Of a stretch of DNA of 64,000 nucleotides, positions 26,735 to 42,380 are shown in pieces. The position numbers and the translations under genes are program-made. The stretch lies in the NCBI RefSeq assembly GCF_006345805.1, contig NC_043006.1, forward strand, positions 86,924,001 through 86,988,000, given 5' to 3'. How positions within the stretch are numbered: the first letter of the stretch is position 1; each line of letters starts with the position of its first letter. Below the pieces are notes generated by a model. It saw nothing but the letters and a program-made list of their open reading frames with translations, ran no database searches and was not told the origin of the DNA. Origin of the DNA: Octopus sinensis (Eukaryota).

Positions 26735-27135
26735 CTTTTTTTTGTGTTTTTGGGGGTGCTTTCAAGCATTGGGTCACACAGAGGCAAAATAGCTGAGTTC
26801 CTCACAGAGGCAATGACCAAGACCTTTGGCATGATATCATGCTTGAGAAGAAGACCCGTTGAGCTGAGCAAAATTGCAGTCACGGCAGATACTGGTATCA
26901 TGCAAATTGGCACCTATTCCAGTGGCATGTAAAAACACCCTGGTGTCACACAAATGGCACCCATGCCGGTAGCATGCAAAAGTACCCATTACACTCAGGG
27001 TATCCTGCTGTAGAAAACCATGCAAAATCAGACTGGTGTCTGGTGCAACCTTCCAGTGTGCCAGCCCGGTCAAACCATCCAATCCATGCCAGCATGGACA
27101 ACGGATGTTAAATGCTGCTGCTGCTGCTGATGATG
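26735..27135 (+). mobile_element. Family D repeat, longer 5'-extended copy
   Basis: Same 3' body and (GAT)n tail, plus extra 5' sequence. Confidence 0.7.
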
Positions 27136-27540
27136 ATAAGGATAATGATGATGGTATCACCCAATCACTCTGCTTTTCTTGCATCACTTCTCCTTCTATC
27201 ATCTACTCGTTAATGTTGTTTCTATATAATCTGACCAATTGCTCTTATGGAGCTGTCTCTTTCTTCCATCACCCTCTCTCATATTATTCTCTCTCTCTCA
27301 TTTTTCCATCCCACTTTTTTCTCTGTTCTATTACTCTTTCTTTCTCCTTCTTCCACAATCCTTTCATTCTTCTATTTACTGTCTATCTCTTATTTCTGTC
27401 ACCCTCTCACTCTTATCACACTGATTCTGTTCTACTCACTTTTTTTACAATGACAGAAATGATGACAAAAAAATACAGCAACCAAATGGGATGGGAAACC
27501 CCATGGGGCAACTGCTTTATATATATGTATATATATATAG

Positions 27541-27575
<35 letters not shown>

Positions 27576-27691
27576 GATAGATAGATAGATATGGTTAATA
27601 CATAATGAACACTGAAAGTGACCGTACTTTATCAGTGAGTCAACAAGTGTAAACCATTCGCTTTATTATCTAATATCTAAAATATATATCA

Positions 27692-27866
27692 TCATCATCA
27701 TCATCATTGTTTAACATTCGTTTTCCATGCTGGGATGGGTTGGACGGTTTAACTGCGGTCTGGAAAGCCAGCTGCTGCACCAGTCACCAATCTAATCTGG
27801 TAATGTTTCTACAGATGGATGCCCTTCATAATGCCAACCACTCCGAGAGTGTAGCAGGTGCTTTAC
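27692..27866 (-). mobile_element. Family D repeat
   Basis: Reverse-complement match to 19457-19757. Confidence 0.75.
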
Positions 27867-28293
27867 ACACATATACATATAGTTAAATAAAATTCAGGTT
27901 AAAGCTGTGTAGAATGCTATGCAAGGCTCTTTCATAGTTATTGGTTACCTGATGTCATCATACAGTGGAAATGCTTATTCCATTTTCTAAAATTTATCTA
28001 TTTAAATAAACACTATGGATACTGTGAAATTCCAGATGTATATTCTGTAGCAGGACATTTAGTAAGTAACATATTCTCACACTGAGTGAAATAACAGTAG
28101 GACTTAATGGACAGCTTATTTAAACAATCACCTGAGGAGGTGCATTTTACACCTTGAATGATTGATAATGATTACACAGCATTTAACTAATGTACTACAG
28201 GTGTAAAAATGTATTGAAACAATTGTAGTAATTTTAAATAAAAACGTCATTCATTCCATTTTGTATCATTTCTCTCTCTCTCTCTCTCTCTCA

Positions 28294-28329
<36 letters not shown>

Positions 28330-28334
<5 letters not shown>

Positions 28335-28740
28335 ATGAGCAAAAGGCCCCCTTCCTCCAATAGACAGTGCTGAGTTGTCAAACATTTAAACCAAATTTTC
28401 TCAAAACAACTTGTCCAACCATCCCATTTTGTCGTATTATTTCAAGCCAACCGGCGTTTTTTGCGCAAACTGCATATGCATTTTTCTTGCATATGCATAG
28501 TATCAATCGCAACAGCTGATGTACTTGCGAGTACAAATGCACATTCCCACGGCTTTATCGATCGCATTCTCACCTGGAATAGATTTTTGTAATTTTTTCA
28601 AGACTTATACACACCCTGATACTGTTGATATCTACATAACAAATTTGAGCGCAATTGGATGGAGTATGTCTGAGATCCTTGATGACACACACACAGACAG
28701 AATGGATTTTATATAATAGATATCTTGCATGTACAAATAG
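28330..28740. mobile_element. Possible non-autonomous Helitron/Helentron-like or MITE element
   Basis: CpG-richer island with short palindromes, caaatttgagcgcaattgg motif and acacacagacag..ttttatataataagat end; resemblance only. Confidence 0.35.
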
Positions 28741-29447
28741 ATGTATGACTGTTACTATTATGCTTACAGCTCAATGTAGAGTATCATATTCCAGTCTGTT
28801 TCCAGCATAGTATTTAAATAACTCCTATCCTAAGAAGTATTACTAATAAGGAAATGAAATATGGGGTACATGTATGAGCAAGAAAGATAAACAAGTTTAT
28901 ATAATCAGTTTCTATGAATGTTTCAACATTCAAATTGTTTGGAACCATTTATTAATTCACTGTAACATAATATAATAAAACATTCCCTGATAATGCATTG
29001 CTGTTAAGCATCCAATTGCACCGGAAACATTCAATGTAAAGTTCCAAATAACCTCAACAATGAAATGCACATAGGAACAAATGATATAAACTTGTATTTA
29101 ACATAATTTCTCATATACACATGTGTATGCATGTGTGTGTGCATATATTTTTATTTATTTTTTTAAATCTAGTTTCAGCTCACGAGCTGTGGCCATTCTG
29201 GGGCACTGCCATTATATATTTAATATTTAGCAGAAGCAATAGAATAACTCAAAATCTTAGAGTTTCTTGTGTTAGCACATTAGCATTTATTATAAGTTCA
29301 CAAAACCCTTGGCTCTTGAGTCCCTCTGCTGCTTCTTCTAAATATTAATAAAAATATACATATACTCATATTCTGAGTCGTATTTTTCCTGTTTGTATTA
29401 CCATACCTATATGTATGTGTGTGTGTGTAAATAAGAACTAGTGGTAC

Positions 29448-30100
29448 AACAAGGCACCAATGTTTGCTGGAAATAGCAGTTGATACCAATACGACGCTAT
29501 GTAAAGCTTCCCTGAAATATATTCTGGCAAAGATATATGTGGGCAGTGAACTTAAACAATTTTCATCTTACCTCTAGGAAGAATATCGTAAAAATGGCTG
29601 GATCTAATGAACAACTTATTTCAACAATCCCATGAGGATGTGCATTTTATACCTTGAATGATTTATAATGAATGACTACACAGCATTTTACCAGTGTACT
29701 ACATCGTAAAAATGGCTGGAAAGTGATATTATTGTATTGCAATGATATTTAAAATTTTTGTAGCAAACTTTTTCATTGATCTCAGTTGTTAATGGCTAGG
29801 CATTCAGCCAAATACACTAGAAAGATGTAGCAATATTTTTAAATTTCATCACAGGTGAATCTAGCTGATGAGAACTAATCAAATTTACAATAACAACCAT
29901 ATTTTGGAAAGTCTGAAACTCATGTCCTAGGTTATCCATTCTGGGTTGTCCATTTTTACGATGTTCTTCCTACAGGTATGGCAAAAATTTTTTTAAGTTC
30001 GCTGCTTGCATACCTCTCTGCCAGTATATATTTCATTGAAGCTTTACATAGTGTTGTATCATTATTGACTGCTTTTTCCAGCAAAAATTGGTGCCTTGTT
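29448..30100. mobile_element. Old MITE with ~155-bp diverged terminal inverted repeats
   Basis: 29448-29605 is the diverged reverse complement of ~29945-30100. Confidence 0.6.
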
Positions 30101-30161
30101 TCTTATTTATAATTCTACCTTTACGGTGCTTTATTAGCTGGAAAGGGATACTATTGTATTG

Positions 30162-30232
<71 letters not shown>

Positions 30233-30239
<7 letters not shown>

Positions 30240-30819
30240 GAAGGAGCTTCTACAGGACTAGAACTGTTTCATTCAAAAGAAATCATCAGAAAGCTAGTAG
30301 ACAAGAGTTGTTTTGGCATTTATACATTTAGGCAGGTTTAAATGGGTGGTGGTGGGGGACTTTTTGGGGGGTAGGCATGGCGCAAAACTATCATTATTAG
30401 GGGAGTGGTCAAAGTGGTAAAGTAGATAAAAGAATAAATAAAAGAATAAAAGAATATATATATATATGTAGATGTACAAGTGAGAGTCTCCTTACTTACC
30501 TAAAACTCTATTTTTCTATTTATTCTTTTATTCTTTTATTTATTCTTTTATCTACTTTACCACCGATTCCTTTGACCACTCCCCTAATAATGATAGTTTT
30601 GCGCCATGCCTACCCCCAAAAAAGTCCCTCACCACCACCCATTTAAACCTGCCTAAATGTATAAATGCCAAAACAACTCTTGTCTACTAGCTTCCTGGTG
30701 ATTTCTTTTGAATGAAACAGTTCTAGTCGTGTAGAAGCTCCTTCTATATAATAAATTAATTTACTCTGCTATGTATTGAGTACCTTATTTACTGTGGTTA
30801 ACCCCAACTCAACCCGGGA

Positions 30820-30862
<43 letters not shown>

Positions 30863-31462
30863 TATATATATTATTATATAGAAGGAGCTTCTACAGGACT
30901 AGAACTGTTTCATTCAAAAGAAATCATCAGAAAGCTAGTAGACAAGAGTTGTTTTGGCATTTATACATTTAGGCAGGTTTAAATGGGTGGTGGTGGGGGA
31001 CTTTTTGGGGGGTAGGCATGGCGCAAAACTATCATTATTAGGGGAGTGGTCAAAGTGTAAAGTAGATAAAAGAATAATAAAAGAATAACAGAATATATAT
31101 ATATATGTAGATGTACAAGTGAGAGTCTCCTTACTTACCTAAAACTCTATTTTTCTATTTATTCTTTTATTCTTTTATTTATTCTTTTATCTACTTTACC
31201 ACCGATTCCTTTGACCACTCCCCTAATAATGATAGTTTTGCGCCATGCCTACCCCCAAAAAAGTCCCTCACCACCACCCATTTAAACCTGCCTAAATGTA
31301 TAAATGCCAAAACAACTCTTGTCTACTAGCTTCCTGGTGATTTCTTTGAATGAAACAGTTCTAGTCGTGTTGTAGAAGCTCCTTCTAATAATAAATTAAT
31401 TTACTCTGCTATGTATTGAGTACCTTATTTACTGTGGTTAACCCCAACTCAACCCGGGACCT
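30233..31462. repeat. Two tandem 641-bp units, each containing a ~215-bp-arm inverted repeat with HHR-like cores (family 3)
   Basis: Arm A 30236-30460 and its reverse complement B ~30520-30750 recur at +641; A minus reads CTGATGA-tttcttttgaat-GAAAC-AGTT, B plus has CTGGTGA. Confidence 0.85.
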
Positions 31463-31782
31463 ATATATATTATATATATAGATTATATATATATAATGGG
31501 TTTTACAAAGAAGAAAACACTTAAACTGTAGCCTGTAGCAGAATGAAATATAGTAGTTTATTTAGACTGATGTAGTGGCCTGCAGTTTTCTTAAGATGTG
31601 GCTGGTTTTTAGATAGGAAAAAAAACTGGAAGCTCAATGATAGGCATGGGAGTGGGTGTATGGTAAGTAGCTTGCTTACTAACCACTGCATGGGACCTTG
31701 GGCAAGTGTCTTCTACTATAGCCTCAGGCCAACCAAAGCCTTGTGAGTGGATTTGGTAGACGGAAACTGAAAGAAGCCCGTC

Positions 31783-31815
<33 letters not shown>

Positions 31816-31830
31816 TATGTATGTATATAT

Positions 31831-32298
31831 ACGTTTAAATATTTGTTGTGCAAGATTTTTTATGTGAAGTCGTGTGTTGAAACAGATATTGTTATATTTC
31901 GGAATGGTCATATTGCCAGTTTAGCCAATAAAAACACATGCACTATATATTTGGTGTTATTTTGCTTCAGTGATATTTATTTTTTACATTAATCTTAATC
32001 TTATTTCGGCCCCCACACACACTAAATAAACATAGACGCACATAGAGATATAAGCATGCGCAAATGAAGACATACAATAGAAATACAAAATGGCTGACGG
32101 TTAGTAAGGAGAGACACAAGTAAGTGAGAAGAAAACAAAGGACCACTGATGCGGTCACAGGAGTGTGACGAAAGAACTTTGGCCGAATAAGATTAAGATT
32201 AATGTAAAAAAAATATCACTGAAGCAAAATAACACCAAATATATAGTGCGTGTGTTTTATTGGCTAAACTGGCAATATGACCATTCCGAAATATAACA

Positions 32299-32302
<4 letters not shown>
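31831..32302 (+). mobile_element. HHR-bearing element, family 2, with an inverted 5' copy of its tail
   Basis: 31831-32011 is the reverse complement of the post-HHR tail; body and HHR match the copies at 49850-50450. Confidence 0.8.
32140..32184 (+). ncRNA. Type-I HHR motif, family 2, A9C core mutation (probably inactive)
   Basis: GGACCA-CTGATGC-G-GTCAC(aggagt)GTGAC-GAAA-G-AA-CTT^TGGCC. Confidence 0.55.
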
Positions 32303-32340
<38 letters not shown>

Positions 32341-32711
32341 GTATGTGTGTCTGTGTGTATGTTTGTGTGTCTGTGTTTGTCCCCCCCACCAACATCACTT
32401 AACAACCGATGCTGGTGTGTTTATGTGCCCGTAACTTAGCGGTTCAGAAAAAGAGACCGATAGAATTAGTACTAGGCTTACAAAGAATAAGTCCTGGGGT
32501 CGATTTGCTTGACTAAAGGCGGTGCTCCAGCATGGCCACAGTCAAATGACTGAAACAAGTAAAAGAGAGAGTAAAGCGTAATATTTACAAATAGACTGGG
32601 ATACATGACTAGATCAACTTATAAGTTGACTTTTGGCTAAAGTCAGCTGAGAAAAGCAAATGCACACACAAGCACAAGTATTGAGTCTGTTTAAGAAGAG
32701 TGGAAAAAGAT

Positions 32712-32940
32712 GTGGTGGACAACGAAAAATCTGGCTGATGTCAGTCAAGGCTGATCTGGAACCCAACCTAGGCCCCATATCAACGGCATTTGCTGCTGGG
32801 ATAAGGAGTGGTTGGAGATCACGCGGTCATTAGCCTCAAATCGCCAGGCCTGGTTGGCGTTTGTGAGAGATGCAGCATTGAGGATGAATGAAGCAGCTCA
32901 ACCCACCCCGGGTGAATGCTGTAAGAAGAAGAAGAAAGTA
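32712..32940 (+). mobile_element. 3' fragment of an RTE-like LINE with (AAG)n tail
   Basis: GGQRKIWLMSVKADLEPNLG...EITRSLASNRQAWLAFVRDAALRMNE, followed by gaagaagaag. Confidence 0.55.
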
Positions 32941-33727
32941 GAAGAGTGGACAGAAAAGAAAGAGGAAACTAAAAAGGGATTCTTGTCTCACACACACACA
33001 CATGGCAAGTCGGCAACTGGTAGATGGATGAGCTGGAGACATAAGAGGGAAGGAAGTGTTGGTGCATACAAAAAAATAACATAATCAACACACACAAGGA
33101 TTAGAGTGGACAGAAGAAAGGAGAAAAAGATGAAATAAGAATACACACACACACACACACACACACACAAATGAACAAGCAAGCTGTTACTTGTTCATCC
33201 TTCTGCAAACAACTGAAGCTGGGAGAGGAATAGCAGGAGTAGGGCACCTATCAATAATTAAGAATTACCTGGTTGGTGTATTAAAATACATACTCAGAAT
33301 GAAAAGTAAAACATAGGACCACATAAAAATAACCATCTAGGGAAGGAACAACCTGTAACTTTGTGAAGAATAAATTTAGTGTGTTAATATACATATATTG
33401 GCATTCTGAATACAAATTCTGCCAAGGTCAACTTTGCCTTTCATCATTTCAGGGTCGATAAATTAAGTATCAGCTGCATATTGGGGTCGATCTTATCAAC
33501 TGGCTCCCTCCCCAAAAATTTCGGGACTTGTGCCTAGAGTAGAAAGCAGTTTGGCTTTGTGGTCATAATCAATAGTGAAAAGTTTTTGAAAATTAACTCT
33601 GAATTGAACATGAGCATTAGATATGTCTACTAAACAAGATGGGTGCTTCTTAGTTCTTCTAAGAAAGGATTTCTCTACCTTATACAGATATACGTATGTG
33701 GGTTCAATAACAACCTATTTAAGTTTA

Positions 33728-34106
33728 GTGGAGGTACAATGGCCCAGTGGTTAGGGCAGCGGACTTGCGGTCGTAGGATTGTGGTTTCAATTCCCAGACC
33801 AGGTGTTGTGTTTATTGAGTGAAAACGCTGAAAACTCCACGGGGATCTGGCAGGGGTTTGTGGCAAACCCTACTATACTCTTTCACCACAAATTTCTCTC
33901 TCTCTTTCTTCCTGTTTCTGTTGTACCTGTATTTCAAAGGGCCAGCCTTGTGACACTCTGCGTCACGATGAATCTCCTTGAGAACCTAGTTAAGGGTACA
34001 CGTGCCTGTGGAGTGCTCAGCCACTTACACATTAATTTCACGAGCAGGCTGTTCTGTTGATCAGATCAACTGGAACCATCTTTGTCATAACTGACGGAGC
34101 AGTACA
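33728..34106 (+). mobile_element. Family B SINE with 13-bp target-site duplication
   Basis: atttaagtttagt at 33717-33729 and 34107-34119. Confidence 0.85.
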
Positions 34107-34615
34107 ATTTAAGTTTAGTTATAGTTATCTTAGTATAATAGAGACCCAGATTCTAAACCATAACTAACCATTGATAGACACCAAAAACAAACCTTCATAT
34201 CAATGTAACTGTAAAAAATAGCTAATGTTTCTTTCTGTTTTACACTCACACGCACACACACATACACACACTTATAGATGCTCACACAAATGCAACAATG
34301 TGTATGTATATGTGAAGGGGAGGTGGTGATTAAGGGGTCCCTTCAGTCTATTTCACCAAAGACTTGGCAATCTCCTTATGCTAGCGCTATGAAAAATACA
34401 CCCATTAAACATTGTAAAGTAAATGGCAAATGGGCAGAAAAAGCATAGGGTTATGGAGCCGTTTTAATTCTGTTTTGCTGATCCCTTAGCAACATCTCTA
34501 GTGCTGCTGCCATGAGAAAATACACCCAGTATGCTCCATAAAGTGATTGGTGAAAGGAAGGGCATCCAGCTTTAGAAACCAAACGCAAAATGACACATTG
34601 GAGCACCATCTACAA

Positions 34616-34990
34616 GAAGTGGAGGCACAATGGCCCAGTGGTTAGGGCAGTAGACTCGCAGTCGGAGGATTGTGGTTTCGATTCCCAGACCAGGCGTTGT
34701 GTGTGTTAATTGAGCAAAAACACATAAAGCTCCACGAGTCTCGAGCAGGGGTTGGTGGTGACCCCTGTTGTACTCTTTCGCCCCAACTTTCTCTTACACT
34801 TTCTTCCTGTTTCTTATCCCCATGCAACTGCTGAGCCTGGATGCACATTCATCCATCTGTCGATGCTCTCGGTGTTGGGGGTTGACCTGCTTTCTCTTCT
34901 GCGGCTCTTATGAATAGCAAAGGACCATGATTCGGACTTCTCCCACTGCGAGCTCTGGGACGAAGACCGCTTCGCTCAACAGCAACAGGA
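34616..34990 (+). mobile_element. Family B SINE with 11-bp target-site duplication
   Basis: accatctacaa at 34605-34615 and 34991-35001. Confidence 0.85.
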
Positions 34991-35589
34991 ACCATCTACA
35001 ACAACTTTAGCCCCCCAATAAGAAAAGACTCACACTTTGATGACATGTCTGACTCATGCCAGCATAGAAAGCGAATGTAAAAATTATGATGATATATGTT
35101 TGAGGTTTTGTCAAGAACACAAGGGCGTGTCCTTGACCTTTGCATGGTTGATATGGCTGATGATCTCTTTGAACAGAAATTCAGAACCAATACCACAATG
35201 TCTGATGTAACACAAGCATATGTGATTAATATATTGGAGTTTATCTAGAATATTTTTGTTGTTTATGATGTATCTGCAAGACAAGCCACTTAAAACAACA
35301 ATGATTTCTTTTGCATTTACATTTTGAATGATGCAGTTATGAAAATATGTTTATGTACTAATATTTTTTTTTATTATGATTCAATTAGATTTTTCTGCAA
35401 TTTTTATTGAGTTTCATGGCCATTATATTTTTTATATATTCTCATGTGAGATATTTATTCTCCTTTAATAGGTATTTAGAAATTTCAGTATTATTTACAG
35501 GTATATTGTCTATATATATATACACATACACATATACATACACACACACACATGACTATATGTATATGCACGTGTGTATTTGTGTGCTG

Positions 35590-38440
<2,851 letters not shown>

Positions 38441-39723
38441 ATCACTGAATGTGTACATATGTGCGTGTGTATTTGTGTTGGATATTTATATTTCTATGTT
38501 TTATGTTGAGACATTCAACATACATTCTTAGAATTCTTCTCTGTACCAACCAAATAAAGCTATCACACACACACACAAATATTACATTTTTCTTGTACAA
38601 TATTTGCAATCAAGGATGACTGCTTACTATCAGTAAAACATAAGCGAGATATTGTTTATAAACAATGCTATCGATTAGAAATATACTTTTATGTTACAAA
38701 TCTATGATGTTTAAGTAGTTAATGTTGTAAATAAATGGAATATTTAGAAGTGAAGTATAGGAAATGTAAAGGGTGAGTAATGTGTCTAGGTGTGAAGAAG
38801 GCAATATCCTTGAGAAAGTGCAATATATAAGTTCTCATAAACATATCTATGAGAGCAGGCAAGAGAACATGGCTGTATGGGTGACAGGCATATTTTGCAG
38901 CTTGCTGGCCTTGGTTCAATTGTATGGCATGACACTTTGGATAAATATTTTCTGTCATATCTGGTAGACATAAACTATGAAGAAATCCATGGGCTTAGGC
39001 CATGCTGAGACATGGCTTTGAATAGTTTAGTCAATCAAATTGATGCTAGTACCTATGTTTTTGTAATTTGGGTACTTTTGAGTACGGGATTCAAGCCTCT
39101 TCTCCTTATCTCCTCAAAGACATACATCATCTTGACCAGAAATAGCCTGAACTCTTTGCATGAACACCCTCACTGTACATAACTCCATGTCCCCCTAAAA
39201 GGCCTTGCTTTTGCTTTTTGAGCCAAAAAATTAACTTAACTTATTCTATTAGTTTCTTTTTGCTGAAAGAATAAGTTATTAGAAGAAACAAACCAATAGC
39301 AGTTGTTAACCAGTGAGATACAAACACATACATATATAATGTACACATGCATATGAACATAAGTATGAATGTATCTATGTGCACATACAATAAGCTTCCT
39401 CAGAGGTTCCATCAGCCTGGTCCTGTTAAAGAAGACATATGCTCAAAGTGCTGCACAGTGGGACTCACCAGGAAACTACTTGGCTGTGAAGCAAATGTCT
39501 TTACCATTTATAACTATATGCAATCAAGATTTGCAGCTATTATTTGTTATCAGTGAAGTGATTTCTCCTTGTGTCAGTCTTGACTGCATTTTGAATTGTA
39601 CAAGGACAATAAAATAAACATCAGACAAATAGGTTCGCTATAATCATGTAAAAAAAACACCTTTTTTAATGTCTGCCTCAGCAGAGTGGCATTCCAATGA
39701 TCAAAATAAAAGAATAAAAATGC

Positions 39724-39762
<39 letters not shown>

Positions 39763-40805
39763 AAGGCAGATGTTAATATATATATGTATGTACATGTATA
39801 TATATATGTGGAAGGCAGATGTTAAACAATGATGATGATGATGATTATATATATATATATATGTATGTATGTATATATATATATATATATATACATACAT
39901 GGAAGGCAGATGTTAAACGATGATGATGATATATATATATATATACGTATATGATATATACATGCATATATATATATATATGGAAGGCAGATGTTAAATG
40001 ATGATGATGATAATGATATATATATGTATGTATGTATATATATGTTATGGTATGTTTGTATAATCCTATTGTCATTACCGTTGTTTAACATCCAGCTTTC
40101 ATCTCGGTTTAGGTTGGACTGTTTGATGGATCTGATGAGTTGGAGGACTACATCATGCAGCCACATCTACTTTGGTTGGGTTTCTGCAGCTAGACACCCT
40201 ACCTGTTACCAACCACTTTACAGAATGTACTGCATGCTTTTACCATGCCAACACACACAAATACATCCATCCATCCATACAATGAGAGCAATAAACACAA
40301 AATAAGACAATGCAGGAAGGACAAGCTTTGACAGATGTTGAAAAGAAAAGTTTGTACAGTTCCGGTGTACATCTGTATTTATATGGACAAACACAATGCT
40401 CTGTGTGTGGGGAGCAATTTCATATAATTATGAGCACAAAAAGAAATGCTAGAAAATGCTAAAATATATGAATACTTGACACATAGTCTAACACAAACAA
40501 ACAACAGCTCTTTTATGTTCTCATTCAATATGAACAGCTGCATCTGATAAATTTCTCTCAAATCATACCTCTACATCTTAAAAGATATGGGTCACATTAA
40601 ATGATTTTTTTGGAAAGCTCAAGCAAGAAAAAAAAAAGAGGAAAAGAGGTTAAAGGAATTGGGTATAATTATGTATGGCTGCTATGTCTTTAATTATGAG
40701 TTTACTGGATCAAGACAAACCTAGTGTGCAACAATAACAACTACAGCAAAATTAAAAGAACCCGCCTAGGTCAATATATACAGAGTTTGTATTCTAATAA
40801 TGATG

Positions 40806-40859
<54 letters not shown>

Positions 40860-40884
40860 TAATAATGATAATAATAATAATAAT

Positions 40885-41115
40885 CATCATCATTGTTTAA
40901 CGTCCGCTTTCCATGCTAGCATGGGTTGGATGGTTCAACTGGGGTCTGGGAAGCCAGAAGGCTGCACCAAGCCCAGTCTGATCTGGCAGTGTTTCTACAG
41001 CTGGATGCCCTTCCTAACACCAACCACTCCATGAGTGTAGTGGATGCCTTTTACGTGCCACAGGCACAGAGGCCGGATGAGGCTGGCAACAGCTACGATC
41101 AGATGGTGCTTTTTA
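40885..41115 (-). mobile_element. Family D repeat
   Basis: Reverse-complement match to 19457-19757; abuts an (AAT)n tract. Confidence 0.8.
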
Positions 41116-41478
41116 CAATAATGATAATGATGATGATAATAATAGTAAAAATTAAAATAATCCTCTCTACTATAGGCACAAGACCTGAAACTTTGGGGAG
41201 GGGTTAGTCAATTACATTGACCTCAGTGGAATTTGAACTCAAAATGTAAGGACTGACAAAATGCACTTAGCATTCTGCCTGGTGTGCTAACAATTCTGTC
41301 AGCTCACCACATTAATAATAAAAATACAAGTAGGTTAATACTTGGTTTATACTTCAGATATTAGCTAGGAATATACACTGAAATATATCTGTGGTCACCT
41401 GAGTATTAGTGCAAGTATAGATAGACCTGCTATATTAAAAGAAATTAATATCTATCGGAAACTGAAAACAATGTACAA

Positions 41479-42380
41479 TACATGGTTTGATCAATAGGTA
41501 TCTGGACTTTTGCCATAGTAACGAAATTAAAGCACCCAGAGTGAAGCTGCTTGGCACAGATTGACCTTGAACTCTGCTGTATATGTGCACTAAGTTTAAA
41601 TATTCTATCTAACTTCTGCTATTTACATCAGTGCTTGGAAGGAAGGTGTGTAGTGTGTGATCATTGCATTTATCATGACAGAGAGCGGAGATGAGCTGAG
41701 GATCTACATCAAATTTTGCCAAAAGCTTGGCAATACCTCTCAGAGACCTATACAAAATTTTCAAAACGTTTTCATCATTCTCAACACAATCAAGGAAATC
41801 TTATGCAACTGAAACTCGAGTGTCTTTTTGGTCAGCTGAAAGCAGTTTGGGTACAAACTTGGCAGACACACATCTCATACCCAAATCTGTAGGGATAATG
41901 GACTGAACTGAACCATAACTAATCTGTACATTTTCTGATAACTCACAGATGATGATTCAACGATTTCCCCTCACAGTTGCATGCATATCTGCGATGTTTT
42001 ACTCAGTTCTGCTGGTTGTGGGTCATCCAGAATATTCATCAACGTCGACATTTTTTTCAGCCATCTCAGAAATGTCTGAACCACTTGAACACTTGTGTGT
42101 GGCTCATACACTCCTCTCCATACACTTTCTGCAACCTTGCATAGGTCTCTGAGCAAGTATCACCATGACAACTTTCTTTGTCATGGTCAATGCAACAACC
42201 ACACACTACACATGTTCCTTCCAAGCACTGCTGTAAATAGCAGAAGTGAGCTTGAACGTTAAAACTTAGTGTGTATGCACAGCAAAGTTTATGGTCAATC
42301 TTTGCCGAATGACCTCACTCTGCATGCTTTAGCTTCGTTACTATGGCAACAGTCTCAATACATATTGATCAAACCTTGTA
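41479..42380. mobile_element. mariner derivative made of two inverted left ends
   Basis: TA-ca(t/a)ggtttgatcaata TIRs at both ends, ~290-bp diverged inverted arms; minus strand encodes decayed YAKLQKVYGEECMSHTQVFKWF...LGMRCVSAKFVPKLLS. Confidence 0.8.

Larger units (their letters stand above)
31641..32575 (+). mobile_element. Family A SINE split by a nested insertion in its internal microsatellite
   Basis: Head 31641-31790 and tail 32365-32575 flank the element at 31831-32302. Confidence 0.7.

Noticed and set aside
33728-33800. tRNA-like sequences at SINE heads
   Set aside because: A/B boxes are present but there is no complete cloverleaf; they continue into SINE bodies with TSDs
40310-40462. 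50-aa ORF with CSVCGEQF...RKC resembling a FYVE finger
   Set aside because: Lacks the R(R/K)HHCR motif and convincing splice sites
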